Assembly: GCA_963707985.1 (NCBI GenBank)
Contig: CAVPRW010000025.1
Coordinates: 96,001-160,000, forward strand
DNA length: 64,000 nt
From: an uncultured Nitrospinota bacterium
GTDB lineage: Bacteria > Tectomicrobia > Entotheonellia > J063 > CAVPRW01
Direction: 5' to 3'
Part shown: positions 29,318 to 39,999 of the stretch, piece by piece
Numbering within the stretch: position 1 is the first letter of the stretch
How the letters are laid out: each line of letters starts with the position of its first letter
Notes under the pieces: model-generated
Database searches by the model: none
What the model was told of the DNA's origin: nothing
Seen by the model: the letters and a program-made list of their open reading frames with translations, nothing else
Translations under genes and position numbers: made by a program

Positions 29318-31588
29318 ATGACCAATCACGCTGACACAATTCGATCTGCAGGGCCAGTGGCACCGGCTCGGTCGATTGCCATATCAAAGGCGAAAGGCCG
29401 GCGGAGGCTTTTCGTCGATCGTCTTGCCAGTCGTCTAGTGACCCTCGGGGGCGTCATCATCATCGCCTCGATCCTCGCCATTCTGTTGGTGATCGTCGCC
29501 GAGGTGTATCCCCTCTTCAAGAAACCGACAGCCACGGCTGAGCGGACGATTACGGCTGAGCTCGATTCCGCACCGATGGCTTTGGGCGTCGACGAATATC
29601 GCGAGGTCGTCTATCTGGTCACTGCCTCCGGGGTACAATTCGTCTCGGCTATGGATGGCAGACCTGTCACGACCATTCAACTTCCGGAGCTGCACGAGGC
29701 TCGGGTCGTCAGCACATCGGCCTTGGGACGCGGACCTTTGGCGCTAGGGCTCTCGGATGGACGAGTGATCCCAACGGAGGTGCGGTTCATCATCTCCTAC
29801 CCCGAAGGGCAGCGGCGTGTCGAGGCAGAATTCACCACCTCACGCCCGCTTCTGGCTGATCCCGGGGGGGGGCCAATTCGTCAGCTGGCGTATGTGACTC
29901 CTCCAAGCGGCCCAATGCTCGCCGCCACCATCGCACCCCAGGAGCTCATGATCATCACCATCAAGGAACGCAAGGCCTTGATTGGCCCTTCCACACAGCA
30001 GGAATCTCGTCAGCGTCTGTCGCTGCCGATCACTGGCGAGATCACCGCCCTCGTCCTCGACGGACGTGGCGAGGATCTCTTTGTCGGCACTTCGTCGGGA
30101 CAGGTGGCACGAGTGGATGTGCGCGATGTCAACGCTCCAAAGGTCATCGAAGTGATCCAGGCCACAGGGCGAGCCGCCGTTGGTGTCAGCGTGATGGGAT
30201 TTCTCATCGGCGATCGTACCCTCATGGTGGGTGATACGGCAGGGGGCGTGACCTCATGGCAGCTCTTGCGTGATGCACATGGGACATTTCGACTACGCAG
30301 AATCCACAATTTTACGCCCCATGCAGCGGCCGTGGCGGCCTTTGTCCCCTCGCAACGCGACAAGGGTTTTATCACCGCCGATGCGTCGGGCACGACCCAC
30401 CTGCACTACGGCACGACAGGAGCGACGCTGCTCACCGTCAATGCCGATGGCACAGAGGTGAGGGGCGTTGCTTTTGCACCAAAGGGGGATGGCTTCCTGG
30501 CTGCCGACGCTGCTGGACGTGTATCGGAATGGAGCCTGCGGAATCCCCATCCGGAGATTACCCTGGGCAGCCTCTTCGGCAAAGTCTGGTATGAAGGGTA
30601 CGAGCAACCGGAGTACGTCTGGCAATCCACTGGCGGCACCGATGACTTCGAGGCCAAGTTCAGCCTCACGCCGCTCATCTTCGGCACCTTGAAAGGCACC
30701 TTCTATGCCATGCTGTTCGCCGGGCCTATGGCGCTATTGAGTGCTCTGTATGCTTCACAGTTCATGCACCCGACGCTGAAGGGGGTAGTCAAGCCCGTGG
30801 TCGAAATCATGGCGGCGTTGCCCAGCGTTGTCCTCGGCTTCATCGCCGGCCTTTGGCTCGCACCCATGGTTGAGCGCGTGGTGCCTGGGCTGCTCCTCAT
30901 GCCGATCGTGATTCCTGCGCTTATTCTCTGTACACTGTTGTTGTGGAGGATGCTGCCAACACGTAGGCGACTCTGGCTGAAGGCGGGAGGAGAAGTTTTT
31001 TTTCTCGTGCCCGTGGCGCTTTTGGGCGGATGGTTGGCCATTTCGCTGGGGGGATTGTTCGAAAGTGTGGTCTTCGGCGGCGACTATCGCAGCTGGCTTC
31101 TGCGCGTCCTGGGGCTCACCTACGATCAGCGCAATTCGCTGGTGGTCGGCTTCGCCATGGGTTTTGCCGTCATCCCGATTATCTTCACCATCGCCGAGGA
31201 CTCGCTGTCTAACGTGCCGCAGCACCTGCGAGCCGGTTCACTGGCGTTAGGGGCCACACCCTGGCAGACGGCGATCCGAGTCATTCTGCCGACCGCAAGC
31301 CCGGGCATCTTCTCCGCCATCATGATCGGCTTCGGTCGGGCCGTGGGCGAGACCATGATTGTGCTGATGGCTACCGGCAACACCCCGGTGATGGATTGGT
31401 CGATCTTCAACGGCTTCCGAGCGCTGTCGGCGAACATTGCCGTTGAGCTCCCTGAGGCCCCTGAAGGGGGGACACTTTTTCGTGTGCTCTTTCTGGCAGC
31501 GTTTCTCCTCTTCGTCATGACGTTCATGGTCAACACTGTAGCTGAGCTCGTACGGTTGCGGCTGCGCAGGAAGTACCGGTACCTATGA
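29318..31588 (+). CDS. pstC: phosphate ABC permease with a large periplasmic beta-propeller insertion
   Basis: WYEGY..P.YVWQS, PLIFGTLK, LPSVVLG, RAVGETM. Confidence 0.92.
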   Translation: MTNHADTIRSAGPVAPARSIAISKAKGRRRLFVDRLASRLVTLGGVIIIASILAILLVIVAEVYPLFKKPTATAERTITAELDSAPMALGVDEYREVVYLVTASGVQFVSAMDGRPVTTIQLPELHEARVVSTSALGRGPLALGLSDGRVIPTEVRFIISYPEGQRRVEAEFTTSRPLLADPGGGPIRQLAYVTPPSGPMLAATIAPQELMIITIKERKALIGPSTQQESRQRLSLPITGEITALVLDGRGEDLFVGTSSGQVARVDVRDVNAPKVIEVIQATGRAAVGVSVMGFLIGDRTLMVGDTAGGVTSWQLLRDAHGTFRLRRIHNFTPHAAAVAAFVPSQRDKGFITADASGTTHLHYGTTGATLLTVNADGTEVRGVAFAPKGDGFLAADAAGRVSEWSLRNPHPEITLGSLFGKVWYEGYEQPEYVWQSTGGTDDFEAKFSLTPLIFGTLKGTFYAMLFAGPMALLSALYASQFMHPTLKGVVKPVVEIMAALPSVVLGFIAGLWLAPMVERVVPGLLLMPIVIPALILCTLLLWRMLPTRRRLWLKAGGEVFFLVPVALLGGWLAISLGGLFESVVFGGDYRSWLLRVLGLTYDQRNSLVVGFAMGFAVIPIIFTIAEDSLSNVPQHLRAGSLALGATPWQTAIRVILPTASPGIFSAIMIGFGRAVGETMIVLMATGNTPVMDWSIFNGFRALSANIAVELPEAPEGGTLFRVLFLAAFLLFVMTFMVNTVAELVRLRLRRKYRYL

Positions 31589-33204
31589 ACAAGTTTTGGA
31601 AGAGTGGCGATCCCTTTATCTGGCTCACTGGCGGAGCGCTCGCCTTCTCGTTGATCATGGTCGCCGGCTTGGTGATATTGATCTTCTGGAGTGGTCTGGG
31701 CTTCTTCTGGCCGACGGATGTGACGCGCCTGCTCCTGGCTAACAACACCGTCGTGTTGGGACAAATTGTCGAGCGTGAGGCGATCCCGCAGCCAGGCGCC
31801 GCCGTGGGCACGCCGGTGAAGTATCGGATCAAAGTCAAACAGGGTAACCGCGATCTGTATGGTGCAGATTTCGTCTGGATCGATGACGCTGAGATCGTTC
31901 AACAGGATGACCCGCCCCAGGCGGTGGTGATTGAGCGTCGGGAGTGGGGAAATCTTTATGGCTTCATCAAGGAAGTCCGCGATCAGGGGCAGGTAGTGGC
32001 CGAAGGCTCACAGCAGGGGTGGGAGGCGTTGCAGACCCGTTTGCCGGACGTGAGGCGTATGTATGATGAGATTAGATTCATTGAAACGAAGCAGATCGGC
32101 GAGATCAACTATACCCAGGAGCAGATCCGATTGCGTCTAAGGAAATTAGAGCTGCAGGGCATCCACACTGGCCCAGAGCTGCAACGCTTGCAGCAGCAGC
32201 TAGAAGGCTTGCAGCAGCAGTACGCCAACCAGGTGGCGGTGCTGACCACATTACGTACCAGCCTTACCGCCAGTGTAGTGGTGTCGACAGCGCGCGACGT
32301 GGAGAAAACCGTGCCACTGTCGCAGGTGGTTCGGGCCTATCGTCCCAATTTGATGGACGTGCCGGCCAAAATCGGGTTTTATCTGGAAAAAGTCTGGGAG
32401 TTCATCGCCGATGATCCACGCGAATCGAACACCGAGGGAGGGGTGTTTCCGGCCATCTTCGGCACCGTGATGATGGTGCTGATCATGAGTGTTGCCGTCA
32501 CTCCCCTGGGGGTGATTGCGGCCTTTTACCTGCGTGAATACGCCAAGCAGGGGGCCTTCGTCAGCGCCGTGCGTATCGCGGTGAACAATCTCGCTGGGGT
32601 GCCATCGATTGTGTTTGGGGTGTTCGCCGTCGGGTTCTTCATTTATTTTGTGGGCGGCACAATCGATCGTCTATTCTTTCCCGAGTCCCTGCCCACGCCG
32701 ACCTTTGGTACGGGCGGAATTTTGTGGGCCTCCCTCACACTGGCGTTGCTAACGGTGCCCGTGGTGATCGTGGCCACTGAAGAAGGACTGGCCGCCATTC
32801 CTGGAGGAATGCGTGAGGCCTCACTGGCACTCGGCGCTACAAAATTCGAGACGACCATGCGGGTCGTATTGCCAAGCGTCATGCCGTCGATTTTGACCGG
32901 GCTGATCCTGGCCATGGCGCGCGCCGCTGGCGAGGTAGCACCCCTGATGATTACTGGGGTAGTCAAATTGGCTCCGGCCCTGCCCATCGATGGCTTTTGG
33001 CCCTTCCTACACCTGGAACGCAAGTTCATGCATCTCGGCTTTCATATCTACGATGTCGGCTTCCAGTCGCCGAACGTCGAAGCAGCACGACCCATGGTCT
33101 TCACGACGGCCATGTTGTTGTTGCTAATCGTGGTGGTTTTGAACCTCACGGCCATTATGTTGCGCAACCGACTGCGCAAGAAATATGCTCTGTCAGCCGT
33201 GTAG
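31585..33204 (+). CDS. pstA: phosphate ABC permease
   Basis: PRESNTEGGVFPAIFGT, NLAGVPSIVFG, RAAGEVAP; ATGA overlap with pstC. Confidence 0.93.
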   Translation: MNKFWKSGDPFIWLTGGALAFSLIMVAGLVILIFWSGLGFFWPTDVTRLLLANNTVVLGQIVEREAIPQPGAAVGTPVKYRIKVKQGNRDLYGADFVWIDDAEIVQQDDPPQAVVIERREWGNLYGFIKEVRDQGQVVAEGSQQGWEALQTRLPDVRRMYDEIRFIETKQIGEINYTQEQIRLRLRKLELQGIHTGPELQRLQQQLEGLQQQYANQVAVLTTLRTSLTASVVVSTARDVEKTVPLSQVVRAYRPNLMDVPAKIGFYLEKVWEFIADDPRESNTEGGVFPAIFGTVMMVLIMSVAVTPLGVIAAFYLREYAKQGAFVSAVRIAVNNLAGVPSIVFGVFAVGFFIYFVGGTIDRLFFPESLPTPTFGTGGILWASLTLALLTVPVVIVATEEGLAAIPGGMREASLALGATKFETTMRVVLPSVMPSILTGLILAMARAAGEVAPLMITGVVKLAPALPIDGFWPFLHLERKFMHLGFHIYDVGFQSPNVEAARPMVFTTAMLLLLIVVVLNLTAIMLRNRLRKKYALSAV

Positions 33205-33213
33205 GAGGATGGC

Positions 33214-34032
33214 ATGACCACGGATATCCGTCTGGCCCCAGCCCTGAATCCCCGCATGCAGGCGGCATTGGACCTGGGCCAACCCATCGTCTCGATTGAG
33301 AGCCTGTCGTTATGGTACGGGGAAAAGCAGGCGCTGAAAAATATCTCGATGTCGGTTCCCGCCCAACGCATCACCGCCTACATCGGTCCCTCCGGTTGCG
33401 GCAAGAGCACCCTGCTGCGCTGCTTCAACCGCATGAACGACCTGGTGGACGGCGTACGCATCGAGGGCAAGATCCGCATTGGCGGGGTTGATGTATACGA
33501 CCCTGCGCTTGACGTGACAGATTTACGGAAGCGAGTGGGCATGGTCTTTCAGAAGTCGAACCCGTTTCCCAAGTCGATCTACGAGAACGCCGCCTACGGC
33601 CCACGCATCCTCGGCGTGCGCCATCGCCACGAGCTCGACGCGATTGTCGAGCGCAGCCTGCGTGGCGCGGCTCTGTGGGATGAAGTGTCGGATCGGTTGA
33701 AGGATTCCGCCCTGAGCCTTTCCGGTGGCCAACAGCAGCGCCTCTGTATTGCCCGCGCCCTGGCGGTTGAACCTGAAGTCCTTTTGATGGATGAGCCCTG
33801 CTCGGCGCTCGACCCCATCGCCACGGCGAAGATCGAAGAGTTGATGCTGGACCTCAAACAGGAGTACACTATCATCATCGTAACGCATAATATGCAACAA
33901 GCGGCCCGTGTGTCGGACTATACAGGATTCATGCTCCTCGGCGAGTTGGTGGAGTTTGGTGTCACCAAGGATCTGTTCACCAACCCGCGCGATCGACGCA
34001 CGGAGGATTATATCACGGGTCGATTTGGGTAA
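33214..34032 (+). CDS. pstB: phosphate ABC ATPase
   Basis: [42 protein letters not shown]. Confidence 0.96.
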   Translation: MTTDIRLAPALNPRMQAALDLGQPIVSIESLSLWYGEKQALKNISMSVPAQRITAYIGPSGCGKSTLLRCFNRMNDLVDGVRIEGKIRIGGVDVYDPALDVTDLRKRVGMVFQKSNPFPKSIYENAAYGPRILGVRHRHELDAIVERSLRGAALWDEVSDRLKDSALSLSGGQQQRLCIARALAVEPEVLLMDEPCSALDPIATAKIEELMLDLKQEYTIIIVTHNMQQAARVSDYTGFMLLGELVEFGVTKDLFTNPRDRRTEDYITGRFG

Positions 34033-34052
34033 ATGAGTCAATTGAATGTAGG

Positions 34053-35090
34053 GTGTTTATGCTGCAAGAACGACGCTATCAACTACAGGCGCAGGAGGCC
34101 AACGAGCAGATCCAGGCTATACTCGAAGGGCTCCAGATCCCAGGCGACAGACGTCTTTTCTATGCGCAGCTCCTGACCACCGTTCTCAAGATGTACGAGG
34201 ACGGCGCCGACCTCGGTGACCTGAAGATCACCAACAGTACGCTAAAAGAGCTACGATACGCCTTCAAAGTCTTCAGCCTCTATCGCGACCACCCGAAGGT
34301 CACCGTCTTCGGATCGGCGCGCACGCCGTCGACCTCGCCTATTTCTCAGCAAGCCAGGCGTTTTGCTGAGAACATGGTGAACGCGGGGTGGATGGTGGTC
34401 ACCGGGGCAGGAGGTGGCGTCATGGGGGCGGCGCAGGAGGGGGCGGGTCGTGAAGCCAGTTTTGGCCTGAACATCCGTCTGCCGTTCGAGCAGGAGGTCA
34501 ACTCCTGGATTGCCGAAGATCCGAAGCTGATTCATTTTAAATACTTCTTCACGCGCAAACTCTTCTTTGTGAAAGAAGCGAGTGCGGTTTGCCTATGCCC
34601 CGGTGGCTTTGGCACCTTCGATGAAGCCTTCGAGGTGCTGACCTTAGTCCAGACCGGTAAGACATCGATCATTCCTGTCGTCCTGCTCGACGTGCCGGGG
34701 GGGGAGTATTGGCTGCATTGGGAGCAGTTCCTTCGGGTGCAGCTGCTGGCGCAGGGACTCATTAGCCCTGAAGATTTGGATCTCTTTATGATCACCGACG
34801 ACGTGGAACGAGCGGTCGAGGAGATTTTCGCCTTCTACCGGCTGTATCACTCGGCACGCTATGTCGACGATGATCTGGTCTTCAGGCTGAAGCGACCGTT
34901 GCCCCCGCAGGCTTTACCAGCCCTCGAAGAGGGCTTCGCCGATATTCTCCGGGGCCGGCTAGCACAGAAAGACGGCCCAATCCTCGGAGAAGGTGACGAG
35001 CATCCCGATCTCTGGCGGCTGGTGATTCCCTTCATCCGTTCGCGGTATGGCCGTCTCCGAAAGTTCATCGATGCCGTGAATCGTTGGTAA
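34053..35090 (+). CDS. LOG-family nucleotide phosphoribohydrolase (long form)
   Basis: VTVFGSAR, TGAGGGVM, FKYFFTRK, PGGFGTFDE. Confidence 0.9.
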   Translation: MFMLQERRYQLQAQEANEQIQAILEGLQIPGDRRLFYAQLLTTVLKMYEDGADLGDLKITNSTLKELRYAFKVFSLYRDHPKVTVFGSARTPSTSPISQQARRFAENMVNAGWMVVTGAGGGVMGAAQEGAGREASFGLNIRLPFEQEVNSWIAEDPKLIHFKYFFTRKLFFVKEASAVCLCPGGFGTFDEAFEVLTLVQTGKTSIIPVVLLDVPGGEYWLHWEQFLRVQLLAQGLISPEDLDLFMITDDVERAVEEIFAFYRLYHSARYVDDDLVFRLKRPLPPQALPALEEGFADILRGRLAQKDGPILGEGDEHPDLWRLVIPFIRSRYGRLRKFIDAVNRW

Positions 35091-35196
35091 CGGCCGAGTG
35101 AGGGGAGGGGGCGTTGCGAGGACAATCTCTGGCGTCAGACTGCTACCCGCTATGCAGCAACGACCTGGCCCGACAGGTCAGTGGGAGGATGGTAAG

Positions 35197-35898
35197 ATGG
35201 AGCGACATTTTGAGGCAGAGCTACACGCACTGCGCGATCGGTTGCTGGCCATGGGAAGCCTCGCCGAGACAATGATTCACAAGGGGATCAAGGCTCTGGT
35301 CGATCGTGACGCGGCATTGGTGCAAGCGGTCCTGGCCCATGAAGAAGAAATGGACCTCCTCTGCATCGAGATCGATGACCGCTGTTTCACGCAGCTCGCC
35401 CTCAGGCAGCCGATGGCCTCGGATTTGCGCTTTCTCGTGGGCGGGATCAAGATCAACAGCGATTTGGAGCGTATCGGTGATCAGGCGGTGAGCATTGCCT
35501 TGCGGGCGCGCTCTCTCATCAATCAACCGCTGCTCAAGCCGCTCATCGATATCCCACGTATGACGGGCATCGTCCAGGAAATGGTGCGCTATAGTCTCGA
35601 TGCCTTTGTGCGGCGGGACCCCGAGCTGGCCCGCAATGTCATCGATCGCGATGACGAAGTCGATGGTTTGCGCGACCAGATCTTTCGCGAGCTCCTGACC
35701 TATATGATGGGCGATCCGTCTACCATTCCGCGCGCCATCGACCTAATTCTGGTCTCCCGCAACCTAGAGCGCATTGCCGACCATGCGACCAACATCGCCG
35801 AGGATGTGATCTACATCGTGCGTGGCGAGGATGTGCGCGAGCGCGGTGACAAGGAACTGCGCAAGGGCTTGCGCCTTCCCCTTCCGAAGAACGCCTAG
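35197..35898 (+). CDS. phoU: phosphate signalling protein PhoU
   Basis: QPMASDLR, DLERIGD, LERIADHATNIAEDVIY. Confidence 0.95.
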   Translation: MERHFEAELHALRDRLLAMGSLAETMIHKGIKALVDRDAALVQAVLAHEEEMDLLCIEIDDRCFTQLALRQPMASDLRFLVGGIKINSDLERIGDQAVSIALRARSLINQPLLKPLIDIPRMTGIVQEMVRYSLDAFVRRDPELARNVIDRDDEVDGLRDQIFRELLTYMMGDPSTIPRAIDLILVSRNLERIADHATNIAEDVIYIVRGEDVRERGDKELRKGLRLPLPKNA

Positions 35899-36167
35899 AT
35901 CGTCCGTCCAGCATTCGACATGGTCTCCTGCCTGTGCCTCCCGGCAGGCTCCATTTCCTACCGGCGCTTTGTGCCACTCTGCTATCCTGACTCCCGCCAT
36001 TGTCATAGTGATTTCTTGCCGGCCGATGGGCCCGCAGACAGGGATACCGCAGCCGACATACGTGCTGTCCTCATTTCCCACCTTGGCAAATGGCGCCGCC
36101 TTTGGTATAAGCAGACTACTCATATAGCACTGGCGGTTTGTGGTCACTTATCAAAAGGGGATAGGTC

Positions 36168-37163
36168 ATGGCCTTTGATCGTTCAACCATTCATGTCTAT
36201 GCCGGGGCTGAGACCGGTGGACTCTTCCGCAAAACTGTGGATGACGCGCTTTGGGAAGCCCTCACGCACGGCTTACCGCAGCCAACCGAGGTGCGGGCCA
36301 TCGCGGTGCATCCACAGCACCCCGAAATCGTTTTTGCCGGTACTCAGGATGGCCCATACCGCAGCCAAGATGGCGGCGATTCCTGGGAACGTTTGGATTT
36401 TCCCGGCCCCGAACGCGTCGTCTGGTCCTTCACCTTCCATCCGGCTGAGGCGCGTACCGTCTATTGTGGCACCGCTCCGGGAGCCGTGTTCCGCAGCGAG
36501 GACGGCGGTGACCACTGGAAGCGGTTACCCACCGATCCCGGTCCTGACGTCGTACGTATGGACTTTCCAACCCGCACCATTGCCATGGCGGTTGATCCCG
36601 CTCATCCGGCACATTTGTACGTCGCCCTGGAAGTCGGGGGGGTGATTCGCAGCCTCGACGGCGGTGAGACCTGGCAGCCCATTAACAAAGGGCTAGCGCC
36701 CGACGTGGGACGGCTCGATCTGCACGGGATTCAGGTTAGCTCAGCACAACCTGACACGGTATTCATCAGCGTTCGCGCTGGCCTCTTGCGTAGCCCCAAC
36801 CGTGGCGAGCAATGGGACCCCATCGACCTGAGCAAAGTCTCCCCGATCACATACTGTCGCGACCTGCGCGTCGCCCCGGACGACCCACGGACACTCTACG
36901 TCTCACTGGGGCAAGCAGCCCGTAGCGCCGCAGGAGCCCTGTTTCGTAGCCGCGATCTCGGAACCTCCTGGGAGCGTGTCGATCACGGTCTCGCACCCAA
37001 GAGCACCATGATGGCGGTGGGCCTGACTGCTCGTCAGCCCACATGTGTGTATGGTTGTACCAGGGATGGGGAGGTGTTTGGGACGCTCGATGGCGGTGTA
37101 ACATGGCGTGAATTTTCGTTACCCGCTGGGACGCACGAGGTAAGAGCGATCGCTTGCGGCTGA
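36168..37163 (+). CDS. BNR/Asp-box beta-propeller (sialidase-like) protein
   Basis: Repeated S.DGG..W Asp-box motifs. Confidence 0.88.
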   Translation: MAFDRSTIHVYAGAETGGLFRKTVDDALWEALTHGLPQPTEVRAIAVHPQHPEIVFAGTQDGPYRSQDGGDSWERLDFPGPERVVWSFTFHPAEARTVYCGTAPGAVFRSEDGGDHWKRLPTDPGPDVVRMDFPTRTIAMAVDPAHPAHLYVALEVGGVIRSLDGGETWQPINKGLAPDVGRLDLHGIQVSSAQPDTVFISVRAGLLRSPNRGEQWDPIDLSKVSPITYCRDLRVAPDDPRTLYVSLGQAARSAAGALFRSRDLGTSWERVDHGLAPKSTMMAVGLTARQPTCVYGCTRDGEVFGTLDGGVTWREFSLPAGTHEVRAIACG

Positions 37164-37257
37164 GGGGGCAGGGAAAAGGTTGCGTTGTCACCATCCCTGT
37201 TACAACCATAGGCGCCAGGCTCAGGGGCAAAGTCGGCTCAGAATGAGCCAACCCTAC

Positions 37258-37354
37258 CCCTCTCCCGGAGGGAGAGGGGTAGGGTGAGGGCGCCAGAGCG
37301 CCATTGAGTGGTTGTGTTTCCCTCACCCCGGCCCCTCTCTCAGGGGGAGAGGGG
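37258..37354. repeat. paired inverted REP-like element
   Basis: CCCTCTCCCGGAGGGAGAGGGGTAGGGTGAGGG ... CCCTCACCCCGGCCCCTCTCTCAGGGGGAGAGGGG. Confidence 0.8.
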
Positions 37355-37426
37355 ATGTTAGCCTGACGACCCAGCATACAGGGGAGAGGGTTGAAGTGAT
37401 TCACGCAGCATCCGTGGAGGTCATGC

Positions 37427-38683
37427 ATGCATGTCGCTGATGATACAGGTCTGCTGAGTCCTTACCGAGTTCTCGATCTAACGGATGAGCACGGCATTCT
37501 CTGCAGCAAGATTCTCGCCGACTTAGGAGCCGATGTCATCCAGATCGAGCCTCCGGGCGGGAGCCCAGCGCGGCGCCTCGGCCCCTTCTATGAGGACGAG
37601 GCCCACCCCGACCGGAGTCTGTTTTGGTGGTCGTATGCCGCTAACAAACGTGGTATCACGCTCAATCTCGCCAGCCGCGACGGGCGTGCCTTGCTCCAGC
37701 GGCTGGTCTCTTCAGCCCACTTCCTCATCGAATCCTTTCCCCCAGGCGACATGGAACATCTGGGCCTTGGGTATACCGCACTTGCCGCCCTCAATCCGGC
37801 GCTGATCGTCGTCTCCGTTACGCCATTTGGCCAGGACGGCCCCTACGCGCATTATCGGGCTTCAGACCTCAACGGTATGGGCATGGCCGGTTTTATGTAC
37901 GTGACGGGTGACCCTGATCGCCCGCCAGCACGTGTCGGCGTCCCGCACTTCTATCTTCATGGGGCGGCAGCAGGCGCCACCGGAGCCATGATCGCCCATG
38001 CCCAGCGCGCGCTGACCGGACAAGGACAGCATGTCGACGTCTCCTGCCAAGAGGCGGTGGCGCGCACCCTGGCCAGTGCTCCGCAGCTTTTTGCCATCGA
38101 GAACACCGTCATCCGGCGTCAGGGGTCATACCGCCAAACGGGCGATACAACCTTTATGCGCATTACCTGGCCCTGCAAAGATGGATTTGTCAACTTTCAG
38201 CTGTCGGGGGGGGCCGGGGCGGGCCGGAGTGTCAACAACCTGATCCAGTGGATGGAGGAAGAAGGGCTTGGGGATCCCGTCCTCACCGGACTTGACTGGA
38301 GCACGCTTGGTTACGGCATGATCAATAAGGAATTACTCGAGCGCGTCGTGCCACCTGTCGAGCGTTTTCTCATGAGTCATACGAAGGCCGAGTTGTTCGA
38401 GGGGGCGGTAAAGCGTCGCATCCTCCTCTTTCCCGTGGCCACGACCAAGGATATCATGCAAAATACCCAGTTGCAGGCCCGTGGCTACTTTCGGCAGGTA
38501 TTTCATCCCGATCTCTCCACCACGATCACCTATCCTGGGCCGTTTGTGCGGGCGAGTGCCACTCCCCTGCAGCTGCGTCGCCTGGCGCCGAAGATCGGAG
38601 AGCACAACACAGAAATCTATCACAACGATCTCGGCCTGACGCGGGAAGAGCTCGTACGACTCCGCGAAGCTGGAGTGATTTAA
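37427..38683 (+). CDS. CaiB/BaiF family III CoA-transferase, subunit 1 (BbsE-like)
   Basis: YRVLDL, LADLGADVI, NKRGITL, GQHVDVS, APKIGEH. Confidence 0.9.
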   Translation: MHVADDTGLLSPYRVLDLTDEHGILCSKILADLGADVIQIEPPGGSPARRLGPFYEDEAHPDRSLFWWSYAANKRGITLNLASRDGRALLQRLVSSAHFLIESFPPGDMEHLGLGYTALAALNPALIVVSVTPFGQDGPYAHYRASDLNGMGMAGFMYVTGDPDRPPARVGVPHFYLHGAAAGATGAMIAHAQRALTGQGQHVDVSCQEAVARTLASAPQLFAIENTVIRRQGSYRQTGDTTFMRITWPCKDGFVNFQLSGGAGAGRSVNNLIQWMEEEGLGDPVLTGLDWSTLGYGMINKELLERVVPPVERFLMSHTKAELFEGAVKRRILLFPVATTKDIMQNTQLQARGYFRQVFHPDLSTTITYPGPFVRASATPLQLRRLAPKIGEHNTEIYHNDLGLTREELVRLREAGVI

Positions 38684-38708
38684 GCCAATTCTTGACGGAG
38701 GTTTATGC

Positions 38709-39920
38709 ATGCGTCCCCTGGCAGGGCTGAAAGTGTTGGATTTCTGTTGGGTTGCCGTAGGACCGATGACGACGTCATATCTGGCTGAATATGGTGCAAC
38801 GGTGGTGCGGATCGAATCGAAACGGCGTCCGGAGACGCTGCGCAATGCTCCGCCCTTTGGTAGTCAAGGCCAAAGTGTCAACCGCAGCGGCTATTTTGCC
38901 AACTACAACGCCAACAAGTATGGGATGGCGGTAAACATGGTCCATCCCCAGGCACACGCGTTCGTGAAGCGCCTGGTGGCCTGGGCCGACCTCGTGACCG
39001 AAAACTTTACCCCTGGAACCCTGGAGGACTGGGGGTTAGGGTATGAAGATCTGTGTCAGGTCAAGCCCGACATTATTCTCTTCAGCACCTCGATGCTCGG
39101 CAGGGGGGGGCCGTATTCTCAACAACCAGGTTTTGGCGCCGTCCTCGCCTCCTTGAGTGGGATGACCGGCCTCACCGGCTGGCCGGATCGCATGCCGACC
39201 AATCCCTACGGGGCCTATACCGATTTCCTGGTGCCGCGCTTTGCTGTCCCGACCATCCTCGCCGCCTTGGATTACCGGCGTCGCACCGGACGAGGGCAGC
39301 ATTTGGATGTGTCGCAACTGGAAGTGGCTCTGCATTTTATGGCACCCCTATTGCTCGATTACACTCTCAACGGGCGGGAACGCGACCGCATGGGGAATCG
39401 CCATCCGGCTGCTGCTCCACATGGTGCCTACCCCTGCCGCGGTGAAGACCGCTGGTGTACGATTGCCTGCCAGACCGATGCCGAATGGGAAGGGTTGTGC
39501 CAGGTGATGGGCTGGCCCCCCTGGACGCAAGAAGAACGCTTCACGACGCTGCTCGGGCGTAAGGCGCATGAGGATGAGTTGGACGATCTGATCGGCCGAT
39601 GGACGCAGGGCTGGGAGGCTTACGCGTTGATGCAGACTCTCCAACAGGCAGGCGTCCCAGCGGGCGTGGTGCAAACCACCAAGGATCTGTTCGACGACCC
39701 GCAATTGCGGCATCGCGGCCACTTCGTCTTCATGGATCACCCTGAGGTGGGGCGCCACCCGGTGCAGCGCTCGGAGTTCAGACTGTCGCAGGCACCCGGG
39801 GAGTTCCGCCATCCGGCGCCACTGCTCGGCCAACACACCGTAGAAGTCTGCAAAGAGATTCTGCACATGTCCGAGGACGAGATCGCTGCCCTGACCGAGG
39901 CCGGTGTCCTGGAAGCGTGA
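38709..39920 (+). CDS. CaiB/BaiF family III CoA-transferase, subunit 2 (BbsF-like)
   Basis: LKVLDF.W, ENFTPG, AYTD, GNRHP..APHG.YPC, APLLGQH. Confidence 0.9.
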   Translation: MRPLAGLKVLDFCWVAVGPMTTSYLAEYGATVVRIESKRRPETLRNAPPFGSQGQSVNRSGYFANYNANKYGMAVNMVHPQAHAFVKRLVAWADLVTENFTPGTLEDWGLGYEDLCQVKPDIILFSTSMLGRGGPYSQQPGFGAVLASLSGMTGLTGWPDRMPTNPYGAYTDFLVPRFAVPTILAALDYRRRTGRGQHLDVSQLEVALHFMAPLLLDYTLNGRERDRMGNRHPAAAPHGAYPCRGEDRWCTIACQTDAEWEGLCQVMGWPPWTQEERFTTLLGRKAHEDELDDLIGRWTQGWEAYALMQTLQQAGVPAGVVQTTKDLFDDPQLRHRGHFVFMDHPEVGRHPVQRSEFRLSQAPGEFRHPAPLLGQHTVEVCKEILHMSEDEIAALTEAGVLEA

Positions 39921-39999
39921 GGGTTTGTGCGACTGCCTCTCCACGCTCCGGCCCCATAATACGGGGGAAGGTCGGGAGGGGGCGAGAAGAGGAAGGTCC

